From a virus (Duplodnaviria > Caudoviricetes): a DNA stretch of 64,000 bases. Position numbers and translations under genes: made by a program. Below, piece by piece: positions 61,284 to 64,000 of this stretch (its first letter is position 1; every line of letters begins with the position of its first letter). Location of the stretch: the IMG/VR virus record IMGVR_UViG_3300028805_000089, positions 1-64,000 of that record; one strand, written 5' to 3'. Under the pieces are notes generated by a model that was given only the letters and a program-made list of their open reading frames with translations, was not told the origin of the DNA and ran no database searches.

Positions 61284-61982
61284 TCAAACCGGAGGTTTAA
61301 ATTTCTTCCCGCTCGGCAGCGTCTCCATTGCCGCCAGCCCCTGCTCAAAGCTGACCAACGCGCTGTTCAGTTGCCCGTAAATCGTCTTCAGCCTTTCCGT
61401 TCCCTTGGCGATCCAGTTGCTCTCGTTGCCCACGTCAAAGCTGTCGTCCTTTATCTTCGGCGTCCTCGGGAGAAAGTCGTTGTTGAACCTCCGCTCCCAT
61501 ACGTACTGTACGCACAGTCCCAGAATGTTCTTCATTTCGTCCGTCAGGTCGTTCTCAAAATACCCGTCGGTATAGAAATCGAACTGCACGCTCCTGCCGC
61601 CCTCCACTACCTGGTTCACGGTTACGCTCCCGGTCTCCGGGTCGTATGTGATATCAAGCGGCACATACACCGGCGTACCAAGGTCGTCTTCTTCGATCAC
61701 CCCGGCGCTGCATATTTCAAACCCCGTGATTCCCGTCTCGATCACGTCGCCCTAATCCAGCATCGTGGTCGTTTCGATTTCCGTATCCTCCCAGTCCGGG
61801 TCCGTGTGGGCAAGCCATGTTTTCGCCTCCGGTGGCCGGTTGAACATCGGTATTCCGTTCTTCATGTACAGCGCCATCTTCCTGAAGAATCCGGCGGGGT
61901 TCTCGTCCATCTCGTCCTGAAGACGCACGTCTTCTTGCTGCACCATAAAATAGTCGCAGATGATCTCCGTATATGCTGTCAT
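61284..61982 (-). CDS. Head-tail connector-like protein, one in-frame TAG (61752)
   Basis: Track ORFs join at TTMLD*GDVIETG; AAGGGGGG RBS. Confidence 0.65.
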
Positions 61983-61999
61983 ATGAACGTTCCCCCCTT

Positions 62000-62671
62000 T
62001 CACACGCTCGGCGTATGCGGGGGAGTGTCGCTGTCCCCGTATGTCACGCCGAATATCACTCTTCGTCCGATGTTCTGCGCGGAGTCCATAATATTCTCGG
62101 ACCCCGTTTCCGAAAGCTGCTGACGGTCTATATAAAACGTGCCGATGCCGTCGATGTTCACGCCGCTCAAGCATTCCCACAGGCATTGCTCAATGGCCAC
62201 GCACCTGGACTGCGCAAGCGTCTTTGTGTTCGTGTCCATCTGCATGTTCGACAATATGTCGAATATGATGCCAATCTGCACGATGTTTTGGTTCAGCGGC
62301 TTGATGTTCCCGATAAAACACTTCAGTATCGTCTGCCCCCGCGTCTGCGCCTGCGGCACGTAGCTTACCGGGTAGATCCGATATCCCCTGTCCGTCGGCA
62401 TGATGTCCGGCTTGTCCGTATCGAAAACCAGCTTCAGCTTTTCGGCGGGGGAGGGGATGGGATTATCCAATGGATTCGGTCCGTCGTAATACAGATACTT
62501 CATCAGCCTGCATCGCGGATAGGTATTGTCGTCCGGCGGGGTGTACCCCGGCAGCGGCAAATCCATAATGTAATCCAGAATCAGTTTCGGCAGCGTATCC
62601 AGGTGGTTCATCCACGCCGTATTGATTACCCGTTCATACGGATAAGTTGCGCTCCGCCTGTCGGTGTTCAT
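62000..62671 (-). CDS. Tail terminator-like hypothetical protein
   Basis: Position in the neck module; ends TGA. Confidence 0.55.
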   Translation of the reverse strand: MNTDRRSATYPYERVINTAWMNHLDTLPKLILDYIMDLPLPGYTPPDDNTYPRCRLMKYLYYDGPNPLDNPIPSPAEKLKLVFDTDKPDIMPTDRGYRIYPVSYVPQAQTRGQTILKCFIGNIKPLNQNIVQIGIIFDILSNMQMDTNTKTLAQSRCVAIEQCLWECLSGVNIDGIGTFYIDRQQLSETGSENIMDSAQNIGRRVIFGVTYGDSDTPPHTPSV

Positions 62672-63339
62672 TTCGCCTCACCCTTTTTCATCGCGGCTGC
62701 CTTCCCGGCCATCTCCAGTATCCTCGCGGCCCGCTCCAGTTCCTCCGGCTTGGGTTCCCGTGACTTCCTTTCGGCCTTCGCCGTATCCCCGGCGATGCGT
62801 CCGGCCTTGCGCTTCTCATAGTCGCTCACCGCCACGCCAATGGCCTTCAGGTCTTCGCTCAGTTCTTCCAGGTTCTGCGGATCGTTCATCGAAAGCGCCA
62901 CAAACGTCCTGCCAAGGCCGTCATTGTAATGTCCCAGCCGCGAATAGATTTCTGTGTTCAGCATTTTTTTCAGTTCGCCGTAATCATACAGGATGTTGAA
63001 CACCTTGTCCCGGATGTCCCGGTCGCCCTTCAGCCTTTCAAGCTGATTGATAAGGTGGCTCGACAGCACCTCGTCGTAATCCTTTTCCTGAAGCACAGTT
63101 TCCTCCGGATACAGCTTCAGGTAATTTACCGACAGGGCGCTCGCCAGCGCCATCTGCCGCGCCATCGTGTTTTCCTCATACCGGTCCGGCGTCGCGAACG
63201 CGGATTCGCTCTTGTCTCCGCCGTTGATGGTCACGTTCTGGATGGCCACGCTTGCCACGTTCCTGCACCAGATGTGCTTCCGCTGAAGCGGGATATAATC
63301 ATTTGCCTTTTCGATGATCTCTTTCGTCAGGGTAATCAT
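62668..63339 (-). CDS. Hypothetical late protein
   Basis: GAGGGAG RBS; ends TGA. Confidence 0.7.
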   Translation of the reverse strand: MITLTKEIIEKANDYIPLQRKHIWCRNVASVAIQNVTINGGDKSESAFATPDRYEENTMARQMALASALSVNYLKLYPEETVLQEKDYDEVLSSHLINQLERLKGDRDIRDKVFNILYDYGELKKMLNTEIYSRLGHYNDGLGRTFVALSMNDPQNLEELSEDLKAIGVAVSDYEKRKAGRIAGDTAKAERKSREPKPEELERAARILEMAGKAAAMKKGEAK

Positions 63340-63431
63340 GTTTTCTTTCTCCCTCTTGTTTTATAACGGCGTACCGTTGCATAAGGAGTTTTCCAAAACT
63401 CCACTCTTCACTCTCCACTCTTCACTCTTGC

Positions 63432-64000
63432 TCAAAACGCCGCGTCCTTCGCGTTCAGCTTCTCGATCACGCTGTAAAACGCGCCCTGTTTCGGGAACTT
63501 CGGGTCCTGCTTGCTCAGTTCGTTCAGCGCCACCACCAGCTGCCTGTTGTGTGCGCTCGGATGGTTCTCTTCAAACCCGGAAATGAACCTCCGGGCGATC
63601 ATTTCCTTATGCTCGTGGCACAGTGCCGGAAATACGGCGATCAGGTCTTCGCCCATGTCAAGCATTTTCACAAACGCCTTTTCGTCCAGGAGTTCCCCTT
63701 CCCGGTACATGCAGTTGTTCATTTCCCGCTCTTCGTCCGTAAGCCCGGAAAGGACAATCAGCATCCGCTTTTTGATAAAGCCCTTCATGCTCTCGTCCAG
63801 GAACTTGCTCCATTCGCTCTTCGGTACGGAAGCGTACCCGGTCTTCCCGGTGATGCTCCCGTACACGCCGTTCGGTCCCAGATTCAGCACGTTCTCCTCG
63901 GCCACCTCTGCCTGCCAGCGGAGGTTCACCTTCTCCACGTCGGCCATTACCTGGACCACCTGCGGCTTGGCCATCGCCAACTGCTCCTGCATCATCTGAA
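63432..64000 (-). CDS. Hypothetical late protein, 5' end outside the window
   Basis: Open frame to the window edge; ends TGA. Confidence 0.7.
   Translation of the reverse strand, partial: QMMQEQLAMAKPQVVQVMADVEKVNLRWQAEVAEENVLNLGPNGVYGSITGKTGYASVPKSEWSKFLDESMKGFIKKRMLIVLSGLTDEEREMNNCMYREGELLDEKAFVKMLDMGEDLIAVFPALCHEHKEMIARRFISGFEENHPSAHNRQLVVALNELSKQDPKFPKQGAFYSVIEKLNAKDAAF

Larger units (their letters stand above)
1..64000. mobile_element. Temperate phage genome segment (siphovirus-like), probably the excised or extrachromosomal form
   Basis: Integrase, repressor/cro, recombination/replication, tail and lysis modules; no host housekeeping genes; att site flanked by phage-like genes on both sides. 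Confidence 0.9.

Noticed and set aside
35358-61982. Late genes as pseudogenes of a decaying prophage, or sequencing errors
   Set aside because: All 24 interruptions are the same codon, with no frameshifts or TAA/TGA breaks; one TAG is conserved between paralogs; TAG is avoided as a true stop

Overview
The window is 64 kb of a temperate tailed phage, most likely of a Clostridia/Bacillota host, judging by sigma-A promoters, Shine-Dalgarno motifs and gene families. No host housekeeping genes are visible. From left to right it contains: a + strand cluster of small early genes ending in a tyrosine recombinase (0.5-6.0 kb); an apparently intact attP made of the 3' half of tRNA-Ser(GCT), a terminator and arm repeats on both sides; the integrase; a repressor/cro switch; a long + strand early/middle operon (10-34.7 kb); and a convergent - strand late operon with tail, receptor-binding and lysis genes (35-64 kb, running off the right end). 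The early/middle operon encodes ParB-like proteins, a TnpB-like nuclease, YqaJ/RecT, a DnaD-like protein, two DNA methyltransferases, a helicase, a radical SAM protein, a resolvase, tRNAs, ThyX and SSB. Two systems stand out. First, stop-codon reassignment: 24 in-frame TAG codons interrupt 12 late genes, including the tape measure, both major tail paralogs, both receptor-binding proteins, the endolysin and a holin. No late gene ends in TAG. Internal paralog evidence points to Ser at least as strongly as to the known code-15 Gln. Second, a compact TnpB-derived CRISPR system: a 384-aa RuvC-intact TnpB-like gene is followed by two tracrRNA-like scaffolds, each carrying an anti-repeat that co-varies with its own set of 32-nt repeats. 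Also present are a 249-nt group I intron in recT, a tRNA-Ile(UAU) and a large tRNA-like (GOLLD-like) RNA. All assignments come from reading the sequence; no database searches were run.
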